Of a stretch of 64,000 bases of DNA, positions 1-12,039 are shown one piece after another (position 1 is the first letter of the stretch; every line of letters starts with the position of its first letter). The stretch lies in contig NC_057718.1 in assembly GCF_004010195.1 (NCBI RefSeq), positions 82,214,458-82,278,457 of the forward strand, in the 5' to 3' direction. The notes under the pieces were generated by a model. The model was not told where the DNA came from and ran no database searches. It was given only the letters and a program-made list of their open reading frames with translations. A program made the translations under genes and the position numbers. The DNA comes from Chiloscyllium plagiosum (taxonomy: Eukaryota).

Positions 1-402
1 ATGCATTGTGACAGCAGTAGTGTGTGGGCCACAGCCCAACACAAGACCTTTGCAATTTTCTTGGGCATGTTTTATTTTCTAGTAGGGCCTCCCTTGGAAG
101 TTGCTGTACTTTTTAACCAGCTAGCTGGTGTGTGGTTTGGAAAGAGGGTGACAGAAGCAGTTGGTGAAGGAACCAGGGAGACAAACTGATGAGGAGGAGC
201 TTCCACTGCCCAGTGGTGCCTTGGCTGCTGTGCTTGCTCTGCTGCCACTATCAGCCCTCTCCGTTGATTGCACTGGCCAGTGAAGGCCCTTCTCAGAGCT
301 TGGAGGCAACTGCTGTGTGTCAGGAGGTAGTGAGGATGAGCAACAGATTACCATCAGTTCCGCTAAAACGCAGTAGTTCTGTACTCTTGCAATCCCGTGG
401 GG

Positions 403-516
403 AAGGGTTTGGAGGTTTGGCCGGGTGCTGGCAGGTGGGACTAGATTGGGTTGGGATATCTGGTCGCCTTGGACAGGTTGGACCGAAGGGTCTGTTTCCA
501 TGCTGTACATCTCTAT
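403..516 (+). mobile_element. CR1 LINE 3' terminal fragment
   Basis: GGAAGGGTTTGGAGG...GGACCGAAGGGTCTGTTTCCATGCTGTACATCTCTAT, the same tail as the RT-bearing CR1 copies in this window. Confidence 0.85.
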
Positions 517-755
517 AAACAAATTGTGTAATAACAGCACCATTTAAAGTAAAAAGGCCAGAATTGCATTAATACCAATACATTAAAACTTTGCACTTTA
601 TAAACAGTAACTCCAATTTGTCAATTGTGTTATAGCAAATTCATGTTAATGAAACACGCGAACAACCTGTACAATGTTTTAGACAGTCCTGTATGCCTGC
701 TATTTTGGACATTGTGACTATACTTTTGCAATACTATTTACCTTGTGTCTACGTT

Positions 756-1060
756 TTAGATTAGATTACATTACATTACATTACATTACAGTGTGGAAAC
801 AGGCCCTTCGGCCCAACAAGTCCACACCGACCCGCCGAAGCGAAACCCACCCATACCCCTACATTTACCCCTTACTTAACACTACGGGCAATTTAGCATG
901 GCCAATTCACCTGACCCTGCACATCTTTGGACTGTGGGAGGAAACCGGAGCACCCGGAGGAAACCCACGTAGACACGGGGAGAACGTGCAAACTCCACAC
1001 AGTCAGTCGCCTGAGGCAGGAATTGAACCCAGGTCTCAGGCGCTGTGAGGCAGCAGTGCT
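756..1060 (-). mobile_element. HE1-type tRNA-derived SINE with expanded (TTACA)n/(TTAGA)n tail
   Basis: Reverse complement of the full SINE at 13579-13897. Confidence 0.9.
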
Positions 1061-1597
1061 TTTCTTATGATGGATCTATTACTGTTCTGCCACCCACTTT
1101 TAGTGCTCCTACAAGTATCTATGATCTTTCCCTTATCCCTTTCCAATCTTGATGAACTTTGTAAATTTTCTCACCTTTACGTATCTAAGAGTCTAGTTCC
1201 ATTTTGTTTAAATTCCCATCTTTATTATTTCTGCTGCTCCTTCAGTACAGACCTGCATTTAAAATTGGGATTTTTCTTCTGTCAAGCTGTGTACCACACT
1301 CTATGTTCACTGGAAGAAATGTGTAACACTCCAATATTTTTCACTATAGTGTAGATGATGTAAGTTGGTGCCTGGAATTTTTATTCTATATTGTAGCAAT
1401 AGATGTTATTTTTGAAAAATACTGAATAAACCATGCACTTCACTGCACAGAAGTAATATCCCAAATGCACCTCAAAATCAACATCTAACTGGATTTGTCA
1501 AGTTCCATTCATGCAAAGTGGCACTCATTGCCCTATTTTGACATGTTAATTTCCTTGAATGTTCATTAGGTCATGGGGTCTTCAAAGTCCCTTAGAA

Positions 1598-1897
1598 GGC
1601 ACCTTCCAAACCTGTATCCTCTATCAACTCAAAGTGATAGGGCAGCAGACACATGAGAACACCTCTGTCCTGGCATGTTCTCCTCCAAGTCACACATGGC
1701 TCTAAAGTGGCATTTCTTCACTGTTACTGGGTAAAATTTATGGAACTCCCAAACTGCAGCAGTGTAGGTATTTATGCAGCATGGACTGCAGCAATTCAAG
1801 AATGTGGCCTACCACCACCACCACCTCAAAGGCAATTAGGGATGGAGACTTATTGCTGGCCTAGTCAATGATACCCATATCCTGTGAACTAATGATA
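1598..1897 (+). mobile_element. 3' end of a second LINE family (CR1/L2 clade)
   Basis: Similar to the tail of the element at 63520-63815 (CACCTTCCAAACC...GGCAATTAGGGATGG...GCTGGCC). Confidence 0.6.
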
Positions 1898-2589
1898 AAA
1901 TGAGCCTGATGTTTTCACTCATGCAACAGTCAAAATTTGGCATCTGTGATGCAGTAAGAAGTGTAATAACTGAAAGGTTTATTGTGTGTAGAAGTTGTGC
2001 CAGTTATTTTGCTAACTCATGCCTGTTGTGCCATTTTAAATACTCATGTTTTTGTCGTGTGTCATGACTTAAAATATAATAATTGATCATTTTTGAGGAT
2101 TTTTTCTAATTCTGTTTGTGAATTTAAATACTTCTTAATATCAACACAGGTACAGAGGAATTGTTACGACATGACTGTGTCATTTGATAAATGAGTTTGT
2201 GAGAATGACAACATTGCCGCTAAAAATCTAAAAGTAGCCCCAAAATGTACTCGAAGAAATCTTGTGAGGTGCCCTTGAAAAGATATTATTTTAACCCACA
2301 CTTCAGCATTGGATAAACTAGAATTGTTACAATGCAGAAGGAGACCATTTGGCCGATCAAACCTGAGAAAAAAATTGCTTGGAACAAAGTGAGGCACACT
2401 TGTAAGGGGCATAAGTGACAGCTGGACAATATGACCTTATGGGTGAAGTTCAAATCTATTAGTTTTTAATTAAATACACCTTAGTTTTGCATGGGTATCT
2501 TTCACAATTTTAGGATAGCTCAAAGCACAGTGCACGCACTGAGGTTTTGTGTATAATAAATTTGCATAAACAGCACCAAGATAGTAACC

Positions 2590-2840
2590 AGGTAATTCCT
2601 CTTGTTGTTGGCTGAGGGATAAATGTTGACAAGGATACCTCTACTGTTCTTTGAAATAGTGCCAACTTTTATATACATTTACAAGGGCAGATGTGGCCTC
2701 AATTTAAAATCACATTGGCAGCACTGATGCACAGCACTCCTTCAGCATGTCTGTAGATTATGCCTTGAATTTCTGGAAGTAGAAGTTGAAACCTCAGCTT
2801 TCTGAATTAGAGAAAAACTTGCTGAGGCACAGCTGAACTA
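2590..2840 (-). mobile_element. Old Deu-domain SINE relic (SacSINE1/AmnSINE-like)
   Basis: GTTGGCTGAGGGATAAATGTTG...CAGCACTCCTTCAGCA resembles the DeuSINE core. Probable related pieces lie near 24295-24365 and 25215-25380. Family call is from memory. Confidence 0.45.
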
Positions 2841-3609
2841 AGTGACTACAACTGTATAGAAAGGTAAGGAAATGGAAAGGCCCTTGGAATTGCTAGATGC
2901 ATTAAATTGAATATATAAATTAATAAATGAGTTGTAACAATGAGAAGACGCATGTCTTTATGTCATTTAGTGGTATATCATGTAGATCATTATTGGAACT
3001 ACTACACTGCAAAAGCCATTAAGGCTTTGTTTCAGGCTGTCAAAGCTTCCAGTTGATAGATGTAAATGTTGAGACTCAGCGAAAGAAATGCAGTAGGATT
3101 TAGTGAGTGAGTTTGCAGAAAGATAGAGAGAGGGGAGAATGGTTAGTACAGTTTAAGAGAGGCAAAGAAGCTGATTACTTTTTCCAAATTCCATGAAAAT
3201 TATGAAAATATAGAGGATATCAGACTGTTCGTGAGCCAGTCACTAACACCATTCCAGTAGCCTTTGTGATTACTTTTATAGCTAACTGCTATATTATGCT
3301 GATCTATGCATCCTTAAAAAAACCTTGGACCTATTTATGTTAATCTAAAATAGATAACCTCACTTTTGCCTGTGTTAAAATACATCTTGTGTTTTACCCA
3401 TTTACTTAATCTATTGTTACCTCTGTAATTGTCTACCCAATTTTGTGCTGTTTATACCTCTGATCAGCAATATGGTTCTGTATTATGGTAATATTAAATA
3501 TATTGATAATAATAAATATAGTGAATTGTTGAATCCCAGCACATATCTTGTGAGGCCATTTGCTGCCAGTTTGAATATACATTTCTATTTACCTTCTGTT
3601 TCTTTACCG

Positions 3610-3923
3610 GGGCAGCACAGTGGCTCAGTGGTTAGTACTGCTGCCTCACAGCACCAGGATCCCAGGTTCGATTCCAGCCTTGGGTGACTGTCTGTGTGGA
3701 GTTTGCATATTCTCCCTATGTCTGCGTGGGTTTCCTCCGGGTGCTCCGGTTTCCTCCACAGTCCAAAGACGTGCAGGTCAGGTGAATTGGCCATGCTAAA
3801 TTGTCCATAGTGATAGGTGCATTAGTCAGAGGTAAGTGGGTCTGGATGGGTTAGTCTTCTGAGGGTCAGTGTGGACTGGTTGCCCAAAGGGCCTGTTTCC
3901 ACACTGCAGGGAATCTAATCTAA
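3610..3923 (+). mobile_element. HE1-type SINE
   Basis: tRNA-like head with A box TGGCTCAGTGG and B box GGTTCGATTCC; AATCT tail. Confidence 0.9.
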
Positions 3924-3943
3924 ATCCATGCTGACTTGTTCAA

Positions 3944-4265
3944 GGGCAGCACAATGGCTCAGTGGTTAACACTGCTGCCTCACAGCGTCAGGGACCTAGG
4001 TTTGATTCCCGCCTCGAGCGACTGTCTGTGTGGAGTTTGCACATTCTCCCAGTGTCTGCGTAGGTTTCCTCCAGGTGCTCCGGTTCCCTCCCACAATCCA
4101 AAGACGCGCAGATCAGGTGAATTGGCCATGCCAAATTGCCCATAGTGATAGGTGTGTTAGTTGGGGTGAATATAGGCTAGGGGAATGGGTCTGCGTGGGT
4201 TACTCTTTGGAGTGTTGGTGTGGACTAGTTAGGCCAAAGGGCCTGTTTCCATACTGTAATCTAAT
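3944..4265 (+). mobile_element. HE1-type SINE
   Basis: GGGCAGCACAATGGCTCAGTGG head through GGGCCTGTTTCCATACTGTAATCT tail. Confidence 0.9.
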
Positions 4266-4337
4266 TTCTTAACCAGATTGTTAATCTCCTGCAATTTTAG
4301 CTTACAGTCTCTAAAGTGAAATCTTCTCCCTTTTTTT

Positions 4338-4618
4338 TTAGATTACTTAGTGTGGAAACAGGCCCTTCGGCCCAACAAGTCCACGCTGACCCGCCATTCC
4401 CCTACATTTACCCCTTTACCTAACACTACGGGCAATTTAGCATGGTCAATTCACCTGGCCTGCACATTTTTGGACTGTGGGAGGAAACTGGAGCACCCGG
4501 AGGAAACCAATGCAGACACGAGGACAATGTGCAAACTCCACACAGTCAATCACCTGAGGCGGGAATTGAACCCGGGTCTCTGGCGCTGTGAGGCAGCTGT
4601 GATAACCACCGTGCCACC
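4338..4618 (-). mobile_element. HE1-type SINE
   Basis: Reverse-complement copy, tail-to-tail with the preceding SINE. Confidence 0.9.
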
Positions 4619-4935
4619 CACATTTTCTGGAGGTTCATCTCCGTTACATCCATAAGCATTCCCCATGTACTGTTTTAGCCTTCATTGAGGATATTATACA
4701 TGACCTAATACTTACAAATTCATATTGTTCCCCATCCCTCTGATCACTCAAATTTGTCTCTGGCGCTGTGAGGCAGCAGTGATAACCACCGTGCCACCCA
4801 CATTTTCTGGAGGTTCATCTCAGTTACATTCATAAGCATTCCCCATGTACTGTTTTAGCCTTCATTGAGGATATTATACATGACCTAATACTTACAAATT
4901 CATATTGTTCCCCATCCCTCTGATCACTCAAATTT
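4576..4935. repeat. 180-bp tandem duplication (4576-4755 / 4756-4935)
   Basis: Sequence repeats at exactly 180-nt offset with 3 mismatches. Confidence 0.95.
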
Positions 4936-5639
4936 CTTTAAATGTTCAGCCATTTTTTTTTCTGATTATAGATTCCAACATCTTTCCATGGAAGATGTTA
5001 GATTAATAGGTCTACAATTTCTCAGTTTCTCTCACCTTTCTTAAGTAATGGGGTCATATTTGCAACTTTCCAAATGGCAAACAGTGCCTGAATTGCAAGA
5101 ACCTTTGGCAAGTATGGCTAAAACATCTGTGATTCTCTACTTTCTTTAAATCTCTAATTGGAAACCATCCATTCTTGGAGAATTTCAGTCTTTAGTGCTA
5201 TTATTTCTCCCTCATACTGTTTCCTTGCTTACATTAACTTTATTGAGTCCCATGAGTTTGTTATTCATTTCTCTGTAATGCCAGTTGTATTATCCTCTTC
5301 CACCACTGTGAAGACATTGTAATTATTCAGTATGTATGCCATATCCAATTTTTTTAACAATATCTTAAAGTGACTCATATTATCTTTGCTGTATTCCCTA
5401 TTTAAATGTTTTATGTTAATCATGATATTTCTCACAAATTTCTATGCATATTTTTAAACTTTTTTCCCCTTTGCTATTCTTTATACCTTTCTAGGCCACA
5501 TGTATTTACAATATGTTTGTAGTTTTATATGTTTTTTCTTCAGTTTTCTGCTGTCTCCCACTTCAATAGTTGATTTTGGTTGTTTTTTTGTTTGTGGTAA
5601 GCAGAGCTCTTGAGCCTTATGATATATACTAGCCTTGTA

Positions 5640-5968
5640 CTAAATACAATATTTTTAAGGACAGTAATGCCAGACTGTTTAGATGGAGCTTCTTGTTGCA
5701 GCCATTGAATTTGTGAATTGTGCATGAGGCAGAGGCAAAAACATGATTGCCGATACATTGTTGAGACTCGAATGAGATACGGAGGCACTCAGTGGCGGGT
5801 GTGCCACAGCCTGAATTCAAATATGGTTGTGCATGGTTGCATGTGTATAGTCAGCGTAGTGTATATGTGTCTTTTAGAGTACTAACCAATTTTTTTTTGA
5901 AGGGCTTAAAAAATGAAGCCATCTTTGGATATTGAATGGTTCTTTGTTTAAGGGGGAGATGTCACAAA
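5640..5968 (+). mobile_element. Inverted 3' part of the LTR element: RNase H end, PPT, LTR start
   Basis: + strand RWSFLLQP...NMIADTLLR (ADALSR-like), polypurine tract AAGGGGGAGA 5950-5959, then TGTCACAAAG. Confidence 0.7.
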
Positions 5969-8446
5969 GGTGACCCAGGAAGGTGATTTGGAGATGTCAC
6001 AAAGGTGACCCAGGAAGGTGATTTGGGCTTTGGCAAATTCACTTTTAGCTAGGTTTACCACCAAGCCTGCCTTCCAAAATCGATTGTACAAATCCAATAA
6101 GTGCTGTAAATGTTCCTTCCATGAGTGACTAAAAATCTCCAGGTCATCGATGTACACCACACAGTGTAATCTAGCAAAGAATTTATAATTTAGTCTCTGA
6201 AATGTGGTGGAGCATTTTTCATACGAAATGGTATGACTTTAAACCAATATTGTCCATTTGGCATTACGAAAGCTGAAATTGCCTTTGCTCTTTCTGACAA
6301 AGGGACCAGCCAGTAGGCTCTGAGCAAGTCCAACTTAGAAATGTAATTTGCTTGTCCCACCTTTTCAATACAACCGCGGAATTGGATTGCATCAGTCTTT
6401 GTAACAATGTTGATTTTGCGATAGTTCACACTATCCGACTTTGGCACCAGGACTATGGGTGAGCTCCAGTCACTGTAACTCACTTTAATTATGCCTTCTT
6501 GGAGTATTATGAACCTCTCCTTCTGAACCTGTGCCAATTTTAGAGGGTTATGCCTATAAGGATGTTGCTTAATCAGAATAGCATCTCCTATATCTACATC
6601 ATGCACAATTAGGTTAGTACTCCCCAGTTTATTTTGGCATATCTCCCTATGTGACGGCAATAATCCTTTCAGGTCATTTCGATTTTCTTGTGGAAGGTAA
6701 CTCAATAATTTGACAACTTCCTCATTGTCCAATTTGATTTGAGGAATGTCACTCAATTTCCTCTCGATTTGATAAGGTCCACTAAACCTTGCTTTTAAAG
6801 GTTCACCTATTACTGGAAGTAACACCAATACCTTATCCCTAATGGCAAAATTGCAATTTTTTGATTTTTTTATCCGCTTTCTGTTTCATTGTATGCTGCA
6901 ATACTTTTAAATGCTGTCTAGCAAACTCCCAGCTCTATTTAGTCATTCTCTAAAATTTGGCACATAGTCCAAATGGGTGGTCTCTGAATTCGGACTTAAT
7001 CAATTCATTTCTCCTTAATCAATTTTAATGGTCCTCTTACGTCATGCCAAAAAATTAATTAAAATGGATTGAATTTTTAAATGGGTCGATTCATTTGGTG
7101 CATCTCTGATCACAAAAAGCACAAACGGAACTCCCTTATCCCAATCATCTGGAGAGTTCTGACTACAAGTCCTCATAATGTTTGATGCCACCTTTGTAGC
7201 GCTCCCTGAGATTCTGGATGGTACGCAGTAGTTTTGAATCATTTTATTCCCAAACTATTCATAACGTCCTTGAATAGTTTGGATGTGAAGTTTGACCCTT
7301 GATCTGACTGGATCTCTACTGGTAGTCCGTAACTAGTAAATAATTTCTACAACCCTTTTAGCTGTGATATTGCATAATGGGACTGCCTGAGGAAATCTAG
7401 TCGACACATCCATTATTGTTAATAAATACTTATTCCCACTTTTTGTTTGTGGTAGGGGACCTGTGCAATCAATCAAGACTCTTGTGAAGGGTTCCTCAAA
7501 TGCTGGAATAGGTATTAAATGTGTAGATTTTATTACTGCCTGTGGTTTTCTGATTAGCTAACATGTATGATATGTCTGGCAAAATCCAACTACATCCTTG
7601 TGTAGTCCAGGCCAGTAAAAATATCTTTGGATTTTAACCTGTGTTTTCCTCATTCCTAAATGACATCCAACTGATAGCTCTTGCATCATACACAGCACCT
7701 CCTTTCTATACCCTAATGGCAAAACAATCTGATGAACTTCTGCCCATTTGTCATCTGGTTGAATGTGTGATGGTCTCCATTTCCTCATTAGACACCACTT
7801 GTTAAGTAATAACACAGTTCTGCATTCACTCTCCTTTTCTGTATATGCCTTTTGGTATAACTGCTTTAAGTTCTCATCTTTCTGCTGGAACTCAATAAGC
7901 TTAGATATTTGCATATTTAACATTTGGCTCCTGCTCTGTCTCACTTATTTGATCAAAAAAAGTCTTTGATAATGCTATTTCAGCTTCCTTATCTGTGCCT
8001 TTTGATTAAATGCTGAGCTACTGCTGTAATTATCTCTCCTTTTCTCACATTAGGAGGCAGCTCCAACCCTAGCCTGTCTGCTAATTCCTGCAGCTTGGTC
8101 TTATTTGCCTTATGTAAAACTACGAAGTTCACTTCGTCCACCTCCAGAAAACTCTTGGCGACTGAAGGAGCCATTGCTACCCCAAGCTTTGCCTTCCCAA
8201 AGACACTAGCACCTACCACTCGCTATTTACATCCCGCAAAGAGCCCCCAAAACATTCTTAAGCAGGCAGGCAGCCCAGACCATAACTTTGCTATTTGTTT
8301 CAGTAAGTGTACAGTGAAAATTACCCAAAGTAAGTTAGCTAGGTTGACTATCAGGTTTTAAAACAGACAAAAATTTATTCACAAAATGAAACACAAAGAA
8401 CAGAATATAGAATACCCACAGAACTCAATCTATCCAAACTAGACTT
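5948..8446 (-). mobile_element. Gmr1-like Ty3/Gypsy LTR retrotransposon, internally deleted and decayed
   Basis: Minus strand order: LTR part (8250-8446), tRNA-Pro-like PBS TGGGGGCTC (8241-8249), gag N-terminus, integrase (HLGMRKT..FYWPGL..C..C; DQGSNF; GPY), then RT (WSSPIVLVPK, KLDLLRAYW, YIDD). Confidence 0.88.
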
Positions 8447-11400
8447 AGAGTCACAGAGACAGAGATGTACAGCACAGAAACAAACCCTTTGGTCCAACTG
8501 GTCCATGCTGATCAGATATCCCAACCGAATCTAGTCCCACTTGCCAGCACCTCGTCCGTATCCCTGTAAACCCTTCCTATTCATATACCCATCCAGATGC
8601 CTCTTAAATATTGCAATTGTACCAGCCTCCACCACTTCCTCTGGCAGCTCATGACATACACGCAACACCCTCTGCATAAAAACATTGCCCCTTACATCTC
8701 TTTTATATTTTTCCCCTCTCAACTTAAACCTATGCTCTCTTGTTCTAGTCTCCCTCACCTCAGGGAAAAGATTTTGTCTATTTAGCCTATCCGTGACCCC
8801 CATGATTTTATAAATCTCTAAAAAGGTCACCCCTCAGCCTCAGAAACTCCAGGGAAAACACCCCCAGCCTGTTCAGCCTCTCTCTATAGCTCAAATCATC
8901 CAACCCTGGCAACATCCTTGGAAATCTTTTCTGAACCCTCTCAGGTTTCACAACATCCTTCCGATAGGAAGGAGACCAAAATTGCATGCAATATTATAAA
9001 AGTGGCCTAACCAATATTGTGTATAGCCGCAACATGACCTCCCAACTCCTGTACTCAATACACTAACCAATAAAGGAAAGCATACCAAACACCTTCTTCA
9101 CTATTCTACCTACCTGCGACTCTTCTTTCACGGAGGTATGTACCTGCACTCTTTGTTCAGCAACACTCTGTAGGACCTTACTATTAAGTGTATGAGCCCT
9201 GCTAAGATTTGCTTTTCCAAAATGCAACACCTCGCATTTATCTAAATTAAACTCCATCTGCCACTCCTCAGCCCACTGGCTCATCTGATCAAGATCCTGT
9301 TGTAATCAGAGGTAACTTTCTTCACTGTCTGCTACACCTCCAATTATGGTGTCATCTGCAAATTTACTAACTATACCTCCTATGTTCACATCCAAATCAT
9401 TTACATAAATGATGAAAAGTAGTGGACCCAGCACCAATCCTTGTGCCACTCAGAGTCATCGAGTCATAGAGATGTACAGCATGAAACAAACCCTTCAGTC
9501 CAACCCGTCCATGCCGACCAGATATCCCAACCGAATCTAGTCCCACCTACCAGCACCCGGCCCATATCCCTCCAAACCCTTCCTCTTCATATACCCATCC
9601 AAATGCCTCTTAAATGTCGCAATTGTACTAGCCTCCACCACTTCCTCTGGCAGTTCATTCCATACACATACCACCCTCTGTGTGAAAACGTTGCCCCATA
9701 GGTCTCCTTTATGTCTTTCCCCTCTCACCCTAAACTGACCAATAAAGGAAAACATACCAAACGCCTTCTTCACTATCCTATCTACCTGCGACTCCACTTT
9801 CAAGGAACTATAAACCTGCACTACAAGGTCTCTTTGTTCAGCAACACTCCCTTGGACCTTACCATTAGTGTATAAGTTCTGCTAAGATTTGCCTTCCAAA
9901 TGCAGCACCTCGCATTTATCCGATTAAACTCCATCTGCCATTTCTCAACCCATTGGCCCATCTGGTCAAGATCCTGTTGTAATCCAAGGTAACCCTCCTC
10001 ACTGTCCTCCAATTTTGGTGTCATCGACAAACTTACTAACTGTACCTGTTATCTTCGCATCCAAATCATTTATGTAAATGACAAAACGTAGACGACCCAG
10101 CACCGATCCTTGTGGCACTCCACTGGTCACAGGCCTCCAGTCTGAAAAACAACCCTCCACCACCACCCTCTGTCTTCTACCTTTGAGCCAGTCCTGTATT
10201 CAGAACTGCTGGCCACAGAAACATCTGTCTGTACCTGGGATTAGAGAATTGCCTAACACAATTGATCTCTTGGAACCCGATGCACCCCTCATTGCATTAG
10301 AGCCAGTGCTATGTTCCCCTGAGAATCCATCACCACCTACATTTTCCAAAACAGCATACCTGTTTGAAATGGGTATATCCACAAAAGACTCCTGCACTAG
10401 CTGCCTACCTCTCTTACCTTTCCTGGAGTTAACCCATCTGTGTGACTGTATCTGAGACTTTTCCCCCCTTCCTATAACTGCCATCCATCACATACCGTTG
10501 CTGTTGCAAATTCATCATTGCTTCTAACTGTCTCTCCAACCGATCCATTTGATCTGATAAGATTTGCAGCTAGCAGCATTTATGGCAGATACAATCCACA
10601 GTAACCCTTAAACTCTCCTTAAACTCCCACACTAGTCACAGGCCTCCAGTCTGAAAAACAACCCTCCCCAACCACCCTCGGTCTTCCACCTTCGAGCCAG
10701 TTCAGTATCCAAATGGCTAGTTCTCCGTGTATTCCATGAGATCTAACATTGCTTACCAGTCTCCCGTGGGGAACCTTATCGAACGCCATACTGAAGTCCA
10801 TATAGATCATGTGCACCATTCTGCCCTCATCAATCTTCTTTGTTACTTCTTCAAAAAAACTCAATCAAGTTCGTGAGACATAATTTCCCACGCACAAAGC
10901 TATGTTGACTATCCCTAATCAGTCTCTGCCCTTCCGAATACGTGTAAGTCCTGTCCCTCAGGATTCCTTCCAACAACTTGCCCACCACCAACATCAGGCT
11001 CACCAGTCTATAATTCCTTGGCTTGTCCTTACCACCTTTCTTAAATAGTGGTACCCCGTTAGCCAACCTCCAGTCTTCCAGCACCTCATCTGTGACTATC
11101 GACGATACAAAAGTATCTCAGCAAGAGGCCCAGCAATCACTTCCTTAGCTTCACACAGAGTTTTAGGGTACATCTGATCAGGTTCTGAGGATTTATCCAA
11201 CTTTATGCATTTCAAGACCACCAGCAATTTCTCCTCTGTAATATGGACATTTTTCAAGACATTGCTATCTAATTTCCCTACATTCTATATCTTCCATATC
11301 CTTCTCCACAGTAAACACTGGTGCAACATACTCGATTGAGTATCTCCCCCATCTCCTGCAGCTCCAGGCCACCTTGCTGATCTTTGAGGGGCCCTATTCT

Positions 11401-11585
11401 CTCTCGTTATCTTTTTGTCCTTAATGTATTTTTTTAAACCCTTTGGATAGCCAAAGCTATCTTATGTCTACTTTTTGCCCTCCTGATTTCCCTCTTAAGT
11501 TTACCCCTACTGCCTTTATTTCTCTAGTCATCCAGGATTCCTTACACCTACCAGCCTTTCTTTTCACCCTGACAGGAATATACTG
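8447..11585 (-). mobile_element. Composite CR1 LINE block (two 3' ends, an ORF1 piece, an RT piece)
   Basis: RT C-terminal fragments (QMEFNLDKCEVLHFG, MDFSMAFDKVPH, VPLFKKGGKDKP), ORF1 fragment IPISNRYAVL...IVLGNS at 10200-10620, CR1 tails at 8447 and 9452. Confidence 0.88.
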
Positions 11586-12005
11586 TTTTAATTACACCGT
11601 TCCGAAAATACACAACACCCTAGTAAACAAATCTCTTTAAAACAGAGCAAAAATGAAACAAAAGGCTTACAGGTCGAAGTTAGAAGGGCAGAAGGAGAGA
11701 GCATCTAGCAGCTTGTTTCCACACTGCCCACAGCTGAACTGACTGAAACAAGACTACAGCTTTTCAGACTGACCACTCCCCTTTCATTACACAGGTCACT
11801 TCTAAAACATAAAACCTTTGGCCTAAAGTCTCATCTGTTCATGTATAAACAAAAAGTAAACTCTCAGTAAACTCTTTCATCTCTGTACCAGACCAATCGT
11901 TTCGGAGCCCGGGCTGTTTTATGATCGTACTGAAAAAAACCAAGGACCCAGTATCCTTGAGAAAAGGAAGAGCTTTTAGAAAAAAAGACCAACTTTGTGA
12001 CCACA
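11586..12005 (-). mobile_element. Remainder of the Gmr1-like element 5' LTR, separated by a CR1 insertion
   Basis: On the minus strand it begins TGTGGTCACAAAG, resembling the post-PPT TGTCACAAAG at 5960, and abuts the CR1 block that interrupts the LTR at 8447. Confidence 0.6.
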
Positions 12006-12039
12006 ATTAAATACATATTTTGGGTCTGTGCAAAATAAC

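Noticed and set aside
1..543. Overlapping 62-140 aa ORFs
   Set aside because: No recognisable domain or splice structure; partly read through a CR1 tail.
743..1048. Recurrent MWKQALRPNKSTPT-type ORFs (also 4350, 13615, 43891)
   Set aside because: Antisense translations of the HE1-type SINE, not a gene family.
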